DNA from: Elainellaceae cyanobacterium
GTDB lineage: Bacteria; Cyanobacteriota; Cyanobacteriia; CAZCXK01
Reading direction: 5' to 3'
DNA: 64,000 bases
NCBI GenBank assembly: GCA_051117555.1
Contig: JBNPEG010000048.1
Coordinates: 33,455-97,454 of the forward strand
Position numbers and translations under genes: made by a program. The notes beneath the pieces were generated by a model. That model did no database searches and had not been told where the DNA came from. It saw only the letters and a program-made list of their open reading frames with translations. This document shows, in pieces, positions 9,789 to 20,405 of this stretch. How positions within the stretch are numbered: the first letter of the stretch is position 1; each line of letters opens with the position of its first letter.

Positions 9789-11332
9789 TTTCCTTTACCG
9801 TAAATAGGCAGCATCACATTAAAGGCAGACCCTTCACCTTGACGACTATTCACTGAGATTGAGCCACCACACCGTAAGAGCAACTGCTGGACTATAGCAA
9901 GACCTAACCCTGCGCCGCTGGAGTCATCTTTACCGTGACGCACCCGATAAAAGCGATTAAAGATTTTAGGAATGTCTGTAGTCGCTATACCGCTGCCGGT
10001 ATCTCGAACTTCAATTTGCACATAGTCGCCTTGCTGCCGGGCGCGAACCCATACTTTGCCGCCTCTCGGCGTAAATTTAATGGCGTTGTGAAGCAGGTTA
10101 ATCACAACTTGCCTCAGCCAGTTGCTAAGACATGAGACGGTAGGCAAGTCTGGTGAAATTGTGTAGGATAGCGCGATGCCTTTATCTTGGGCGAGCGGTT
10201 GATAGGTGCTAACGACCGCCGGTACGACATCAACAATCCGCAACGGTTTAATGGAGGCGGGTTCGTCCATATCTTCGAGTTGAATCAGGTCAAGAACACT
10301 CGTGATCAGAGAGCTTTGGCGATCGCACTCTTGGCTCAGCAAATCCATATAACGCTGTCGCTGCGGTGGTTTGAGCTGGGGTGAGTTTAGTAAGGTCAAT
10401 GCCGTCTTCATGTTGGCAAGCGGTGTTCGCAACTCTTGCCCTACGTTTTTTAGAAATTCGTTCTTAAGACGCAGTTGATTCAGGAGTTCTTCATTCTCAA
10501 GCTGCAATGCGGATGCCTGTTCAGCCTGCTTCCGATAGGTGACATTGCTATACCACGTTTGCTCGTGCCGCTGAATCTGATGGCTTACGAATTGACTAAT
10601 CATGGCCGGGTCAAGGGTGGCATTTGATGTCTGCTGAATCACGTCATCCCAATTTGCCAACCCAGGGGCGACCTCCGAACATGATTCTGATGGGGGGGAT
10701 CCAGACTGTCCGGCGATCGCCTGATTGATGCCGTTTAAGACCCTATGGATGATCTGGACATCAAACGAACACAGCCCTAATAACGGGGGTCTGCGTTCTA
10801 AATCGTCAGCAGCACTAGATATGGATGAATCTAACAAAGATTCATCAACGCTATAGACGTTGCGAACCGAACGGGGGCGATGCGCCAAGATCAGCACAGA
10901 AAACTGCGGAGCCATCACCAAGACAAAATATTCGCGACGCAATCGACTATCAGCAGCCAGGGAAATTTGGGTAACCGGACACGACAGGGGTAATGCTGTA
11001 AGGCCAGAGTCAATCACCAACGGCTCGCCACCGACCGAGTCTGATGCGACACGATCAGACTCTGCTGAGTCAGCATCTCGCTGATTTTTTAAGATATAAA
11101 CAGGCGCTGTTGACTGACCTGTTTCGAGATAACGACGGATTTCTGATTGCCAGACTTCTCCTCGCGGCAGTTTGACCCACAAGCCCGCCGAGATAGGGTG
11201 TTCAATGAGCATATCTAGCAAAAGCTCAACCATCGACTTGAAAACGGTTGGGCTAATTTTGAGGAGTCCAGGCGGATTTTCACAACTGAGGGCTAGCTCA
11301 TAAAGAGAGCGATCGGGGGAAGATGAGTTCAT
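9785..11332 (-). CDS. DICT-type sensor/HisKA/HATPase protein with His-to-Gln at the phosphoacceptor site (pseudo-histidine kinase)
   Basis: NVGQELRTPL instead of xHELRTPL; intact NLLHNAIKFT, DTGSGI, IFNRFYR and GAGLGL; LRREYFVLV resembles the DICT sensory domain. Confidence 0.85.
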   Translation of the reverse strand: MNSSSPDRSLYELALSCENPPGLLKISPTVFKSMVELLLDMLIEHPISAGLWVKLPRGEVWQSEIRRYLETGQSTAPVYILKNQRDADSAESDRVASDSVGGEPLVIDSGLTALPLSCPVTQISLAADSRLRREYFVLVMAPQFSVLILAHRPRSVRNVYSVDESLLDSSISSAADDLERRPPLLGLCSFDVQIIHRVLNGINQAIAGQSGSPPSESCSEVAPGLANWDDVIQQTSNATLDPAMISQFVSHQIQRHEQTWYSNVTYRKQAEQASALQLENEELLNQLRLKNEFLKNVGQELRTPLANMKTALTLLNSPQLKPPQRQRYMDLLSQECDRQSSLITSVLDLIQLEDMDEPASIKPLRIVDVVPAVVSTYQPLAQDKGIALSYTISPDLPTVSCLSNWLRQVVINLLHNAIKFTPRGGKVWVRARQQGDYVQIEVRDTGSGIATTDIPKIFNRFYRVRHGKDDSSGAGLGLAIVQQLLLRCGGSISVNSRQGEGSAFNVMLPIYGKGN

Positions 11333-11361
11333 GGCTTGTCAGGCTCAAGCAACGGGTGGAT

Positions 11362-11455
11362 TATAGCGGTATGCACTTGAGTTAAGTGCGGGTGTGTGGG
11401 GCGCGCCGCGCCCCACACACCCGTTTCTATACGTGACGCAATTGCACATTGCTCC
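11362..11455. repeat. GC-rich palindrome (11389-11423) inside a degenerate TATAGC-ended element
   Basis: CGGGTGTGTGGGGCGCG-C-CGCGCCCCACACACCCG, 17-bp perfect arms; left end TATAGCGGTATGCACTTG; right end degenerate. Confidence 0.65.
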
Positions 11456-11560
11456 AGAAAAAGCAAATAGGCATCATGGAAACAGAACTAGCTCGGCGCG
11501 ATCCCTGCTTCCCGAATCTAGCTAGAATTGGCGAAATTTTCCACCTCTGTGCAGGCTTTC

Positions 11561-13087
11561 TCAAGAGTGTGACGCCATCGACATTCGCTGAGCAAGTGCG
11601 GTTCTCGCATGGTCACGATCGTCAAAATAGACCTTCTCTGTGCCTAAAATTTGATAGTCTTCATGGCCTTTGCCCGCAATCAGCACGCCATCTCCGGGGT
11701 TGGCATTCAGAATCGCGTGACGAATTGCTTGAGCGCGATCGCCCATGACCAACGCATCAACTGAATCGGGAATGCCTGCTAAAATGTCGTGCAAGATTCG
11801 CTCTGGGTCTTCGGTGCGGGGGTTGTCAGAGGTGACGATTGCCCAGTCTGCGAGGCGAGCAGCGATCGCCCCCATCTGAGGACGCTTGGTGCGATCGCGA
11901 TCGCCCCCGCAGCCAAACACACAAATCATTCGCCCCGAAATAAATGGTCGCGCTGCATTCAGCAAATTCTCTAAGCTGTCGGGCGTATGGGCATAGTCAA
12001 CAATCACGCTGATGTCTTGATTGGAGCTGATCTGAACCCGCTCCATGCGTCCAGGGACGCCCGTGAACTGAGGTAGAGCCTGGGCGATCGCCTCTAAGTC
12101 AAGTCCGAGATGCAGCACAGCGCCGACTGCTGCCAGCACGTTTGCTAGATTAAACTGCCCAACAAGCGGCGACTGCACGGCAATATCCCCCCTAGGCGTG
12201 TGTAATATGCCCCGCACCCCGTTAGACTGATACTCTAAATCGCTCGTCCATAGATTGGCTGACGAATCGTGCGTGCTATAGGACCAAACTCGTTCAGCCG
12301 GAAGCTGTTGAATCAGTCGGCGACCAAACGGATCATCTTGATTCACAATGGCTCGCCCTGTTAGATAATCAGGGCTAAACAATAATGCCTTTGCCGCAAA
12401 ATAGTCATCTAAATCTTTGTGAAAATCAAGATGATCTTGCGTCAGATTGGTAAACACGCCAACCTCAAACGTGCAGCCTAAGACCCGCCCTTGCGCGAGC
12501 GCATGAGAACTGACCTCCATCACGGCAAACCGACAGCCTGCATGCACAGCATTTGCTAACTGTTCTTGCAAGTCAATGGCGAAAGGGGTGGTGTGAACGG
12601 CCGTATACTGATGCCCCGCCCAACGAGCATAGAGAGTGCCAAATAGAGCCGTGGGGTGTTGCGTCTGGAGTAGCAAAAATTCGATCAGATGCGTCGTTGT
12701 CGTTTTTCCATTGGTTCCAGTGACGCCCACCAACTGGAGGTTCTGAGCTGGATAGCCATAAAACACCGTAGCTGCTTGAGCGCAGGCTGTCGGTATGTCA
12801 GGGATCTGAATGATACAGGGTAAATCTTGATCGGCAGACGGTGGATGCGTTTGAGCCGCTGACGGAGAAATCAGAGCAGCCATGGCGCCAGAGGCGATCG
12901 CACTGGCCCAAAACTCACCCCCATCTACCCGCGTTCCCGGCATCCCGATAAACACATCCCCCGGTTGACAGGCATGAGAATTAGTCGACAATCCCTTCAC
13001 GTCTGCATCCAGTGCTGGGTGATCAGGAATTTGAACGGTTAATTGTTGAATAATCGGTAGCGCATTTAATAACTCACGTAATTTCAT
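11561..13087 (-). CDS. murE: UDP-N-acetylmuramoyl-L-alanyl-D-glutamate--2,6-diaminopimelate ligase
   Basis: GVTGTNGKTTT, MEVSSHAL, DYAHTPD, DNPR (DAP-specific) and GKGHEDYQ. Confidence 0.97.
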   Translation of the reverse strand: MKLRELLNALPIIQQLTVQIPDHPALDADVKGLSTNSHACQPGDVFIGMPGTRVDGGEFWASAIASGAMAALISPSAAQTHPPSADQDLPCIIQIPDIPTACAQAATVFYGYPAQNLQLVGVTGTNGKTTTTHLIEFLLLQTQHPTALFGTLYARWAGHQYTAVHTTPFAIDLQEQLANAVHAGCRFAVMEVSSHALAQGRVLGCTFEVGVFTNLTQDHLDFHKDLDDYFAAKALLFSPDYLTGRAIVNQDDPFGRRLIQQLPAERVWSYSTHDSSANLWTSDLEYQSNGVRGILHTPRGDIAVQSPLVGQFNLANVLAAVGAVLHLGLDLEAIAQALPQFTGVPGRMERVQISSNQDISVIVDYAHTPDSLENLLNAARPFISGRMICVFGCGGDRDRTKRPQMGAIAARLADWAIVTSDNPRTEDPERILHDILAGIPDSVDALVMGDRAQAIRHAILNANPGDGVLIAGKGHEDYQILGTEKVYFDDRDHARTALAQRMSMASHS

Positions 13088-13114
13088 CTCCACCACTCCT
13101 CCCAGGTGCTGCCA

Positions 13115-13453
13115 TCATTCTGCACGATTCTCCGAATTTTGAACCAGATATTTCTGCAACATCTGTTCCAGTTGACGCACAGACGCACGAGGAGACGGGC
13201 GAGGAATGGGGATAAGAGACTGAGACTGAGACGACGGTTGACTGGAATTGTCTCGATTTTCAACTGCTACGGTCTGATTCTCACGATCCAAAACCAGCAC
13301 AGGCACTTCATATTCATAGGTCTGAAACCAATCGTCACGAGTGGTGATATCGCGAATTTCGAGGTCAAAGTCGAGGGTTGTGATTTGTTCAAGTTTTTCC
13401 TGCAATCCTTCGCATAAATGGCAGTCGGGTTTGCTGTAAAGAATTAATCGCAT
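13115..13453 (-). CDS. Glutaredoxin-like protein (DUF836 type)
   Basis: LYSKPDCHLCEGL CxxC motif; YEVPVL. Confidence 0.85.
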   Translation of the reverse strand: MRLILYSKPDCHLCEGLQEKLEQITTLDFDLEIRDITTRDDWFQTYEYEVPVLVLDRENQTVAVENRDNSSQPSSQSQSLIPIPRPSPRASVRQLEQMLQKYLVQNSENRAE

Positions 13454-13457
13454 ATTT

Positions 13458-14327
13458 TTAAGTATGGGGAGTTTGATGCAACTGAGCTTTTTGAACAGAG
13501 CCAAAAAGGCGCAATTTTGCGGCAACTACGCCTTGCATTGCCGAGATTGTTCTTTCTGCGATATCCAACAAATCTGTCCCATCCAGGGTGCCAATTTCTG
13601 ATTGGAGGGCTTGCATATAGGCTTGACGGACTTCAGTATTCACGTTGAATTTGCAAACTCCTAGTTGGATTGACCGCTGAACCATTGACTCAGGCAACCC
13701 CGATGCACCATGCAGAACCAACGGGACGGAAACCAATTTTTGGATGCGTTCAAGCCGATCAAAATCCAACCGAGGAGGTTGTAAATACTTGCCATGAACA
13801 TTTCCAATCGTGACAGCTAATGAATCAACGTGGGTTGCATTGACAAACTCGACGGCTTGTTCTGGATCCGTCATTTTGGCTTCTTTTTCAGTAATGGTGA
13901 GTCCATCTTCTGTTCCGCTGATTCTGCCAATCTCTGCTTCGACTGCTGCACCATAGGCGTGAGCCAGTTGTGTCATGTCTCGGGTGAATACAAGATTTTC
14001 GTCATAGGGATATGACGAGCCATCGACCATGATGGATCGAACGCCTGCATGGAGAGCATTCTGGATGTCGTCGACTGATGTGCTGTGATCGAGATGCACT
14101 GAAACGGGAATGGTTGACGCGTTGGCAGCTTCTAAACAAAGCGCAACGAGGGGAGATTTGCCATATTTAAGTGCACTCGGATGAATTTGCAGCATCACCG
14201 GACTGTTTGCGGCTTCAGCGGCATTGATGACTGCTTTAACGCCTTCAAGGTTATATACGTTGAATGCGCCAACGGCATATTCCCCGTGCTGAGCAGTCTC
14301 TAAGATTGCTTGAGTCGAGCCTAACAT
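13458..14327 (-). CDS. Class II ketose-bisphosphate aldolase (GatY/KbaY-like)
   Basis: AVGAFN, HLDH, VEAEIG, GNVHG, LVLHGASG and KFNVNTE. Confidence 0.9.
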   Translation of the reverse strand: MLGSTQAILETAQHGEYAVGAFNVYNLEGVKAVINAAEAANSPVMLQIHPSALKYGKSPLVALCLEAANASTIPVSVHLDHSTSVDDIQNALHAGVRSIMVDGSSYPYDENLVFTRDMTQLAHAYGAAVEAEIGRISGTEDGLTITEKEAKMTDPEQAVEFVNATHVDSLAVTIGNVHGKYLQPPRLDFDRLERIQKLVSVPLVLHGASGLPESMVQRSIQLGVCKFNVNTEVRQAYMQALQSEIGTLDGTDLLDIAERTISAMQGVVAAKLRLFGSVQKAQLHQTPHT

Positions 14328-14542
14328 GTGCGTTATTCCCCATCGTTTGACGACTATCACGCCTATCTTTTACTGCATCATCCCAGCCAGGATGTGTCAA
14401 CTCGGAATGGATATCTTCCTTCATGTCTACGCGGCATTCTCTTCGACATCAAACGTTGTGCACAAGCTACCCAATTTCAGATTTTCAATTATGCTGAAAA
14501 CTTGGGCGCTGTGTGATTCATTCAATCTAGGGAGGTCAACTC

Positions 14543-15913
14543 ATGACTGCGGCTGCATCGCGATCGCTCGACTGGGACACCTTTACTGCATCCCTGAATG
14601 GCATTGAAATCATCCGCGATGCCAATCAGATCACGAAGCTATCTCAGGACTACTACACCTTTAGCCCCATTCTGCAAGAAAAACTGTCAGACAAGCGAGG
14701 CGATCTAGTCGTGCGTCCGACAACCGAGGCTGAGGTGCTGCGCGTTGCAGAAGCTTGCGTGACGCATCGGGTGCCGCTGACGATTCGCGGAGCCGGAACG
14801 GGCAACTATGGGCAGTGCGTTCCCCTGCGAGGGGGTGTGATTCTAGATTTGAGCAGGATGCAGCAGACTCGCTGGATCAAACCCGGATTGGCCGGTGTTG
14901 AGCCGGGCGTCAAACTCGCTGCGCTCGATAAGAAGGCAAGGGAAACCGGCTGGGAAATGCGCATGGTTCCTTCAACCTATCGCACCGCTACGATTGGCGG
15001 CTTTATCGGCGGTGGCAGCGGTGGCATTGGTTCGGTGATGTATGGTCAATTGCGCGATCGCGGTAGTTTACATGCGGTGCGCGTTGTCACAATGGAAGAC
15101 CAGCCACGGATAATCGAACTACGCGGCGATGAGGTGCAAAAAGTCAATCATGCCTACGGGACAAATGGCATCATCACCGAACTGACCCTTCCCCTTGCCC
15201 CGGCCTATCCGTGGGCAGAACTGATCGTCGCATTCTCAGATTTCATGAGTGCAGCGCGATTTGGGCAAGCTCTTTGTGATTCAGACGGCATCATTAAAAA
15301 ACTGGTGTGCATTTGTGCAGATCCCATTCCTACCTACTTTGCCACATTTCGCAGCGTGATTCCTAAAGTCTCCCATTGTGCATTGCTGATGGTGTCTGAG
15401 TCGTGTTTGGAACCATTAGCAGATTTGATTCAAGAATACGGAGGAACTCTGTGCTATCAGAAGGATGCCAACGACGCAGGCAAAGGGACTCCCATCCTGG
15501 AATACACCTGGAATCACACCACCCTTCATGCCCGCAGCGTTGATCCATCCTTGACGTACTTGCAAACCCTGTTTCCCTATGACCCAGAGCTTACGCTTGT
15601 GAACCACATGTATGAGCACTTTGGCAACGAGGTCATGATGCATCTGGAGTTTCTACGCTCTGGAGGGCGTGCTATTCCTGCCGCTTTGCAACTGGTACGC
15701 TTTACTACCCCAGAGCGCCTCAATGAGATTATCAAGTACCACGAAGATCAAGGTGCGTTTATTGCCAATCCTCACACGTATGTCTTAGAAGATGGTGGAC
15801 GTAAACAGGTGGACATGGAGCAGTTGAAATTTAAAGAAAGGGTCGATCCCTATGGGTTGCTCAATCCTGGGAAGATGCGGGCTTGGGAGAACAGGGACGC
15901 TGATGATCAGTGA
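14543..15913 (+). CDS. FAD-binding oxidoreductase (PCMH/GlcD-like)
   Basis: RGAGTGNYGQ, ATIGGF and C-terminal DPYGLLNPGK; GGAGG RBS. Confidence 0.9.
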   Translation: MTAAASRSLDWDTFTASLNGIEIIRDANQITKLSQDYYTFSPILQEKLSDKRGDLVVRPTTEAEVLRVAEACVTHRVPLTIRGAGTGNYGQCVPLRGGVILDLSRMQQTRWIKPGLAGVEPGVKLAALDKKARETGWEMRMVPSTYRTATIGGFIGGGSGGIGSVMYGQLRDRGSLHAVRVVTMEDQPRIIELRGDEVQKVNHAYGTNGIITELTLPLAPAYPWAELIVAFSDFMSAARFGQALCDSDGIIKKLVCICADPIPTYFATFRSVIPKVSHCALLMVSESCLEPLADLIQEYGGTLCYQKDANDAGKGTPILEYTWNHTTLHARSVDPSLTYLQTLFPYDPELTLVNHMYEHFGNEVMMHLEFLRSGGRAIPAALQLVRFTTPERLNEIIKYHEDQGAFIANPHTYVLEDGGRKQVDMEQLKFKERVDPYGLLNPGKMRAWENRDADDQ

Positions 15914-16037
15914 TATATAGGAGCTTCAGAGGCTTCGAAGAGAGCATTCAACCGCGTAAGTCTTGACCATCAAGCGATCGCACGCTGCTTTTTCCACCGT
16001 CTTTTTACTAGGGGAATGATGGGTTTCAATGGCAAAG

Positions 16038-17087
16038 TTAGTATATATCGATGGGTTGCTTAGGCGGCAACGTTGAAGTCGTCGTTGATAGTGGACTGCG
16101 TTTAGAGCGGAGGCGGAGGAAACGGGCTTTGACGTTAGAAATAAAGTACGCAAGTTTTTCGGTGCGTCGGCATCCCAATATGCGTTGCAAGGGGACATAC
16201 ATCACGCTACGAGGCTTGGCTTGAAACTCTGGCGATAGACTGAGCGCTTTGTCTAATACCCGCAAATATCGAATGTAGCGTTTTGTGCTCAGGCTCGGGT
16301 AATCCCCATACAAATAAAACCGCCCAAAGCCAACATACGCAGTTGCAAGTGCCTGACGGTATGTGTCAGAAAGTTTGTCAAGCTGAGTTAGCTGATATTC
16401 AGCCTTTTCCATAATCCGGCAATGCTGAGTCAGCAAGCGCAATTTTGACAGCGTGGAAGCAGTTTGTCGACTATGCCTCCGATAGATTGCATAGCAGCCT
16501 GATTGGTAGACAAATTGGGCACCTTTTACTGCAAGCGAAATTAGAAAGTCTCGATCTTGCCCTGATTTTAAGGTTTCGTCCCAATCCTGATTGACAATTG
16601 CAGAGCGTTTGAAAAGCAGCGCAACGGGTGGAGTCCATTGCTCATTTGCCAGTAATGACTCCAAAAAGTCGTCTTTTGGTCCACATATTTGAATGTCACC
16701 GAGAGAAATGCTGCCATCCGAGGCATGGTATTGATATCGCCAATCTCCGTATACCACATCAGCATTCGTCGTTTCCAAAGTCTCAATGTGTCGTTGAATC
16801 TTTTCTGGAAGTATATAGTCATCGGCATCGAGATATTGAATGTAATCTCCTTTAGCTAGATGAAATCCTCGATTGCGGGCATGGTTACCGCCACGGTTTT
16901 CTCCTGTCTCCCAAATGATGCGATCGCCATAACGTTTGATGACCTTGAGGCTATCATCAGTCGAACCGTCATCAATCACGATAATCTCAATATGAGGATA
17001 CGTCTGGTGGAGACAACTATCAATTGCTTCAGCTACCCAGTTGTGAGCATTAAAGCACGGTATGATTACGGATACGAGCTTATGCAT
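16038..17087 (-). CDS. GT2 glycosyltransferase
   Basis: SVIIPCFN, DDGSTD, ARNRG and YLDADD. Confidence 0.92.
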   Translation of the reverse strand: MHKLVSVIIPCFNAHNWVAEAIDSCLHQTYPHIEIIVIDDGSTDDSLKVIKRYGDRIIWETGENRGGNHARNRGFHLAKGDYIQYLDADDYILPEKIQRHIETLETTNADVVYGDWRYQYHASDGSISLGDIQICGPKDDFLESLLANEQWTPPVALLFKRSAIVNQDWDETLKSGQDRDFLISLAVKGAQFVYQSGCYAIYRRHSRQTASTLSKLRLLTQHCRIMEKAEYQLTQLDKLSDTYRQALATAYVGFGRFYLYGDYPSLSTKRYIRYLRVLDKALSLSPEFQAKPRSVMYVPLQRILGCRRTEKLAYFISNVKARFLRLRSKRSPLSTTTSTLPPKQPIDIY

Positions 17088-17096
17088 CTGCCTTTC

Positions 17097-18161
17097 TCAC
17101 GTAGTTGCTGGTGTGTTGGATTGAGGCGTCTCAGCAGATTGCGATTGTTCCTCGGTAAGATATCGACGTGCATAGCGAGTTGTTAAATAGCGGTTGAAAA
17201 CTCGTTCAGCAGGACGTAAGAGTTTCTCCAAATAGTGGCTCCTGATGCCGAAGGTGAGAGCCCGACTCAGCGGGCGCAGAATAGTTGCACGGCGTCGCCA
17301 TCCAAGTTTGGTGTACTTTGCCTTAAAGTAACCGTCTTCTGATAGATCCCACTTTTGACGGAGATGATTGAGACTGCCGAGCGTCCAAGCGTCGCTCCAA
17401 CGCAGCATGTAATACGGAACATCAGACCAATCGAGTGGGGGCCCCGGAACATAGGTCACAATGCTAGCGGGCTCGAAGTAAACGGTTCCGCCTGCTTGGG
17501 CAACTGTCATGCAGAAATCAAGATGTTCTTTGGTATTGAGAATCGCTTCATCAAGACGCCCAATCGTTGAAAAAATTGCCGTCCGAATGAGTACACAGTG
17601 GAATTCTGCAAGTTCTGTCTGCTGACGCTGGAAGCGATCGCACACCTCGGCTACTCGATGCCCTTGCTTATACATCTTCTCGCGGAGATGCCGACGCCCC
17701 TTAATATCCACAACAACCCGCGACTCCCCTCCGGCAAAATGCACCGTTTCATGGACTGGCTCATCCTGGCACATCAATGGCCCCACTACGGTTGCGCCTG
17801 TTTCTTCTGCACAGGTTATGAGTGCATTGAGCCAACCCGGCGACACAATTACGTCATTATCTACAAAGACAAGATAGGGTGTTTTAACGTGGGCGATTCC
17901 TAAATTTCGCGCTCGATTGGGAGAAAGGTAGTAATTCGTTCGAACAATCTTAAATCCCTTGTCGCGGGCTTTCTGATCGAGATGTTGCCGGATATGGGTC
18001 GGTGAATTACCGTCTACGTATACTAAATCGAACGGTACTTGCGTATGCTCATAGATACTTTCTAGTGATGCGGCTGCACAACTAAATCGTTCACGAGGGG
18101 TGACGACAACAGTAACCAAAGGCTCAAGAGTAGAAATATGTTGAGATGATAACTGTGACAC
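17097..18161 (-). CDS. GT2 glycosyltransferase (paralog of 20406..21467)
   Basis: VVTPRERFS, FVDNDV and EHLDFC; GTG start with AAGGAGA RBS. Confidence 0.9.
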   Translation of the reverse strand: MSQLSSQHISTLEPLVTVVVTPRERFSCAAASLESIYEHTQVPFDLVYVDGNSPTHIRQHLDQKARDKGFKIVRTNYYLSPNRARNLGIAHVKTPYLVFVDNDVIVSPGWLNALITCAEETGATVVGPLMCQDEPVHETVHFAGGESRVVVDIKGRRHLREKMYKQGHRVAEVCDRFQRQQTELAEFHCVLIRTAIFSTIGRLDEAILNTKEHLDFCMTVAQAGGTVYFEPASIVTYVPGPPLDWSDVPYYMLRWSDAWTLGSLNHLRQKWDLSEDGYFKAKYTKLGWRRRATILRPLSRALTFGIRSHYLEKLLRPAERVFNRYLTTRYARRYLTEEQSQSAETPQSNTPATT

Positions 18162-18225
18162 TAAATCGTCTCCTTGTTTAAATCGCTTATAGGGATGTGC
18201 AAATTGACTGAAGCTAACGGAATGC

Positions 18226-19551
18226 CTAGACTGACGAGATTGATTTCGTACAGAGCCGTTGATCTGTTCTAATATGAGGATCTGCGTCTTCTGGGATATT
18301 AAGAAGTCGCTGATAAATCTCAACTAATTCGTCATTGAGACGATGCATGTTGTAGTGAGCCTCAACATAGGCACGACCTGCTTTGCCCATATCGACCCAT
18401 TTGTCTGGATGGTCGATTAAGGATGCAAGCGCTCGGGCGATCGCCTCGGCATCCCGCTCTGGCACCAATAGGCCAGATATACCCTCTTGTACCAACTCCG
18501 GAATACCCCCATGGCGAGTTGCGACCACAGGCAACCCCATTGCCATTGCCTCCTTGAGAGTGTTGACCGGAGCATCTTGATTGCCATCCGCTGCCGTAAC
18601 ACTCGGCGCAACAAACAGGTGAGAATGTTCTAGAACCTGAACAACTTCACGCTGTTGCATCCAACCCAGCAATTTAATCGAGTGACTGGCTCCTAATTCA
18701 TCAATCAGTCGCTGCAAATCATCTCGTAGTGACCCATCCCCCACAATCTTGTATTCGAGGTTTGGATACGTGTTTAGCAGTTTAGCAACGGCCCGGATGC
18801 TGTACTCGAGTCCCTTCTTTTCAGTCAGTCGTGCGGTAGTAGCAATCTGAATTCGACCGTCCACCGGAAAATAGCGGGGCTTAAAGGCAAACCGGCTACA
18901 ATCTATCCCAGACCCTAACACCCTGATTTTTTGAGGATCGCACCCTAAATCAATGGCCCGATTTTTGAAAAAATCGCAGTTGGTCAAGAAAAAATCGCCC
19001 TTTCTAAACAGACGATCATAAATGTTGCGTCCTCGAGCTTTAACATACCAACTAATGTCAAATCCTCGAAATGAAGTAACAAGCTTTCCTTGCAAAACAC
19101 CAAACTCTCGGAGACGAAGCGCACCAGCATCTTCGCGACGTTTGGACTGAAGCGCATAAATTCCGAACTGACAGTGCACGATGTCGTAGGCAGGTTTCCC
19201 GATCAGCGGTATTACCGCATACAAAAAGCGTAGGGATAAGGCATGCTTACCATACTTAAAGGCATTAAGTGTGCGTAGGCAGATGAGTGGAGATTTATAG
19301 CCTATAGCAACTAAAAGTTTGAGTGCCTTTAAAGTTCGCCAAACATAGTTTTTGGGAATATCAGGAATATAATGAGTGCGCTTTAATAGCTCATACGACT
19401 CGACGTTAGGATGAACTTTTGATTCATGAGACGGTCCCTCTAGAGAATAGATTTCGACATCATGGCCTCGATCCATTAGTCCAGTAATCTGATTCAGAAT
19501 AAATGCTTCAGATAAAACTGGAAATCTGCTTACAATAAATATTATTCTCAA
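18226..19551 (-). CDS. GT4 glycosyltransferase, WcaL-like
   Basis: FPVLSEAFILNQ, EKKGLEY and LKEAMAMGLPVVATRHGGIPE. Confidence 0.92.
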   Translation of the reverse strand: MRIIFIVSRFPVLSEAFILNQITGLMDRGHDVEIYSLEGPSHESKVHPNVESYELLKRTHYIPDIPKNYVWRTLKALKLLVAIGYKSPLICLRTLNAFKYGKHALSLRFLYAVIPLIGKPAYDIVHCQFGIYALQSKRREDAGALRLREFGVLQGKLVTSFRGFDISWYVKARGRNIYDRLFRKGDFFLTNCDFFKNRAIDLGCDPQKIRVLGSGIDCSRFAFKPRYFPVDGRIQIATTARLTEKKGLEYSIRAVAKLLNTYPNLEYKIVGDGSLRDDLQRLIDELGASHSIKLLGWMQQREVVQVLEHSHLFVAPSVTAADGNQDAPVNTLKEAMAMGLPVVATRHGGIPELVQEGISGLLVPERDAEAIARALASLIDHPDKWVDMGKAGRAYVEAHYNMHRLNDELVEIYQRLLNIPEDADPHIRTDQRLCTKSISSV

Positions 19552-20189
19552 GCCTCTATCCTCAGAATGATTTTTATCTGGAGCATTACACCTGTTCCAT
19601 CTCCTTATATTGCTCCCTGATGATCATTTCGGCAGGTTCAGGTGTGATTTCGGGCAAGATTGCTTTCCCCTTAAATCAGGGAATTCAGCTATTTCTATTC
19701 AATTGGCGAGTCAGGTTTTCCAGCTAATTTCTAGTTTGGAAAGACATCGTAAGAGAGACAAAATCTATCTTGAGGCAGACTAACGGAGATAAATTCATGC
19801 TGGTAGTTGGTAATACTACTACGTCCTAGAAGGGGGGCTAGATGAGACACACAGAGAATCTCTTAGGGTCATTAAACGTCTTAGAAATGGATTAATTTCT
19901 CGCTTACAAAGTAATGAGATCATTACAAAATAAGGGTTTTTCAATCTAACCGTCCATTGTTTGAGCACATTTGATTATTCGTCAGATGTTAGTTAATCAG
20001 TTGCTCATTTACTCAATCTGCGGAATCTTAGTTCTTAATCAGCTACACTTAGTATGCAAAAAAAATTTATTTTTTTCATTAGAAAACTCTCATGAGGAAG
20101 CAAAATTATTTAAAGTCTGTATGAAGTTTTCAAAAAAATTTATTTTTCTATCCTGTAATCCAAAAAAATATTGGTGTGCGCTTGGATAA

Positions 20190-20263
20190 AGCCCAGCAGT
20201 GTGGGGATCACTTTGCTTTACACCACTACTCACACAATTCACAAGCAACTTAGGATCGCTATA
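20190..20263. repeat. Degenerate inverted copy of the element at 21553-21642
   Basis: CACACAATTCACAAGCAACTTAGGATCGCTATA matches the reverse complement of 21553-21586 with 2 mismatches. Confidence 0.6.
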
Positions 20264-20405
20264 TCTATTTGAATCAAAAAAGGAAAACGGCAAGCCTTGC
20301 AGAAAAGTTGATAACGGGCTTGCCGCAGAATGTATGGGTTTGATCTGTCGTGCTCTAGATAGTTCTTTTCAAGACAATTATTTAGAGACAATTATTCAGA
20401 GACAA

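Noticed and set aside
19803..19816. GTA-N8-TAC, possible NtcA site
   Set aside because: A six-base match is expected by chance many times in 64 kb, and I could not tie it to a promoter.
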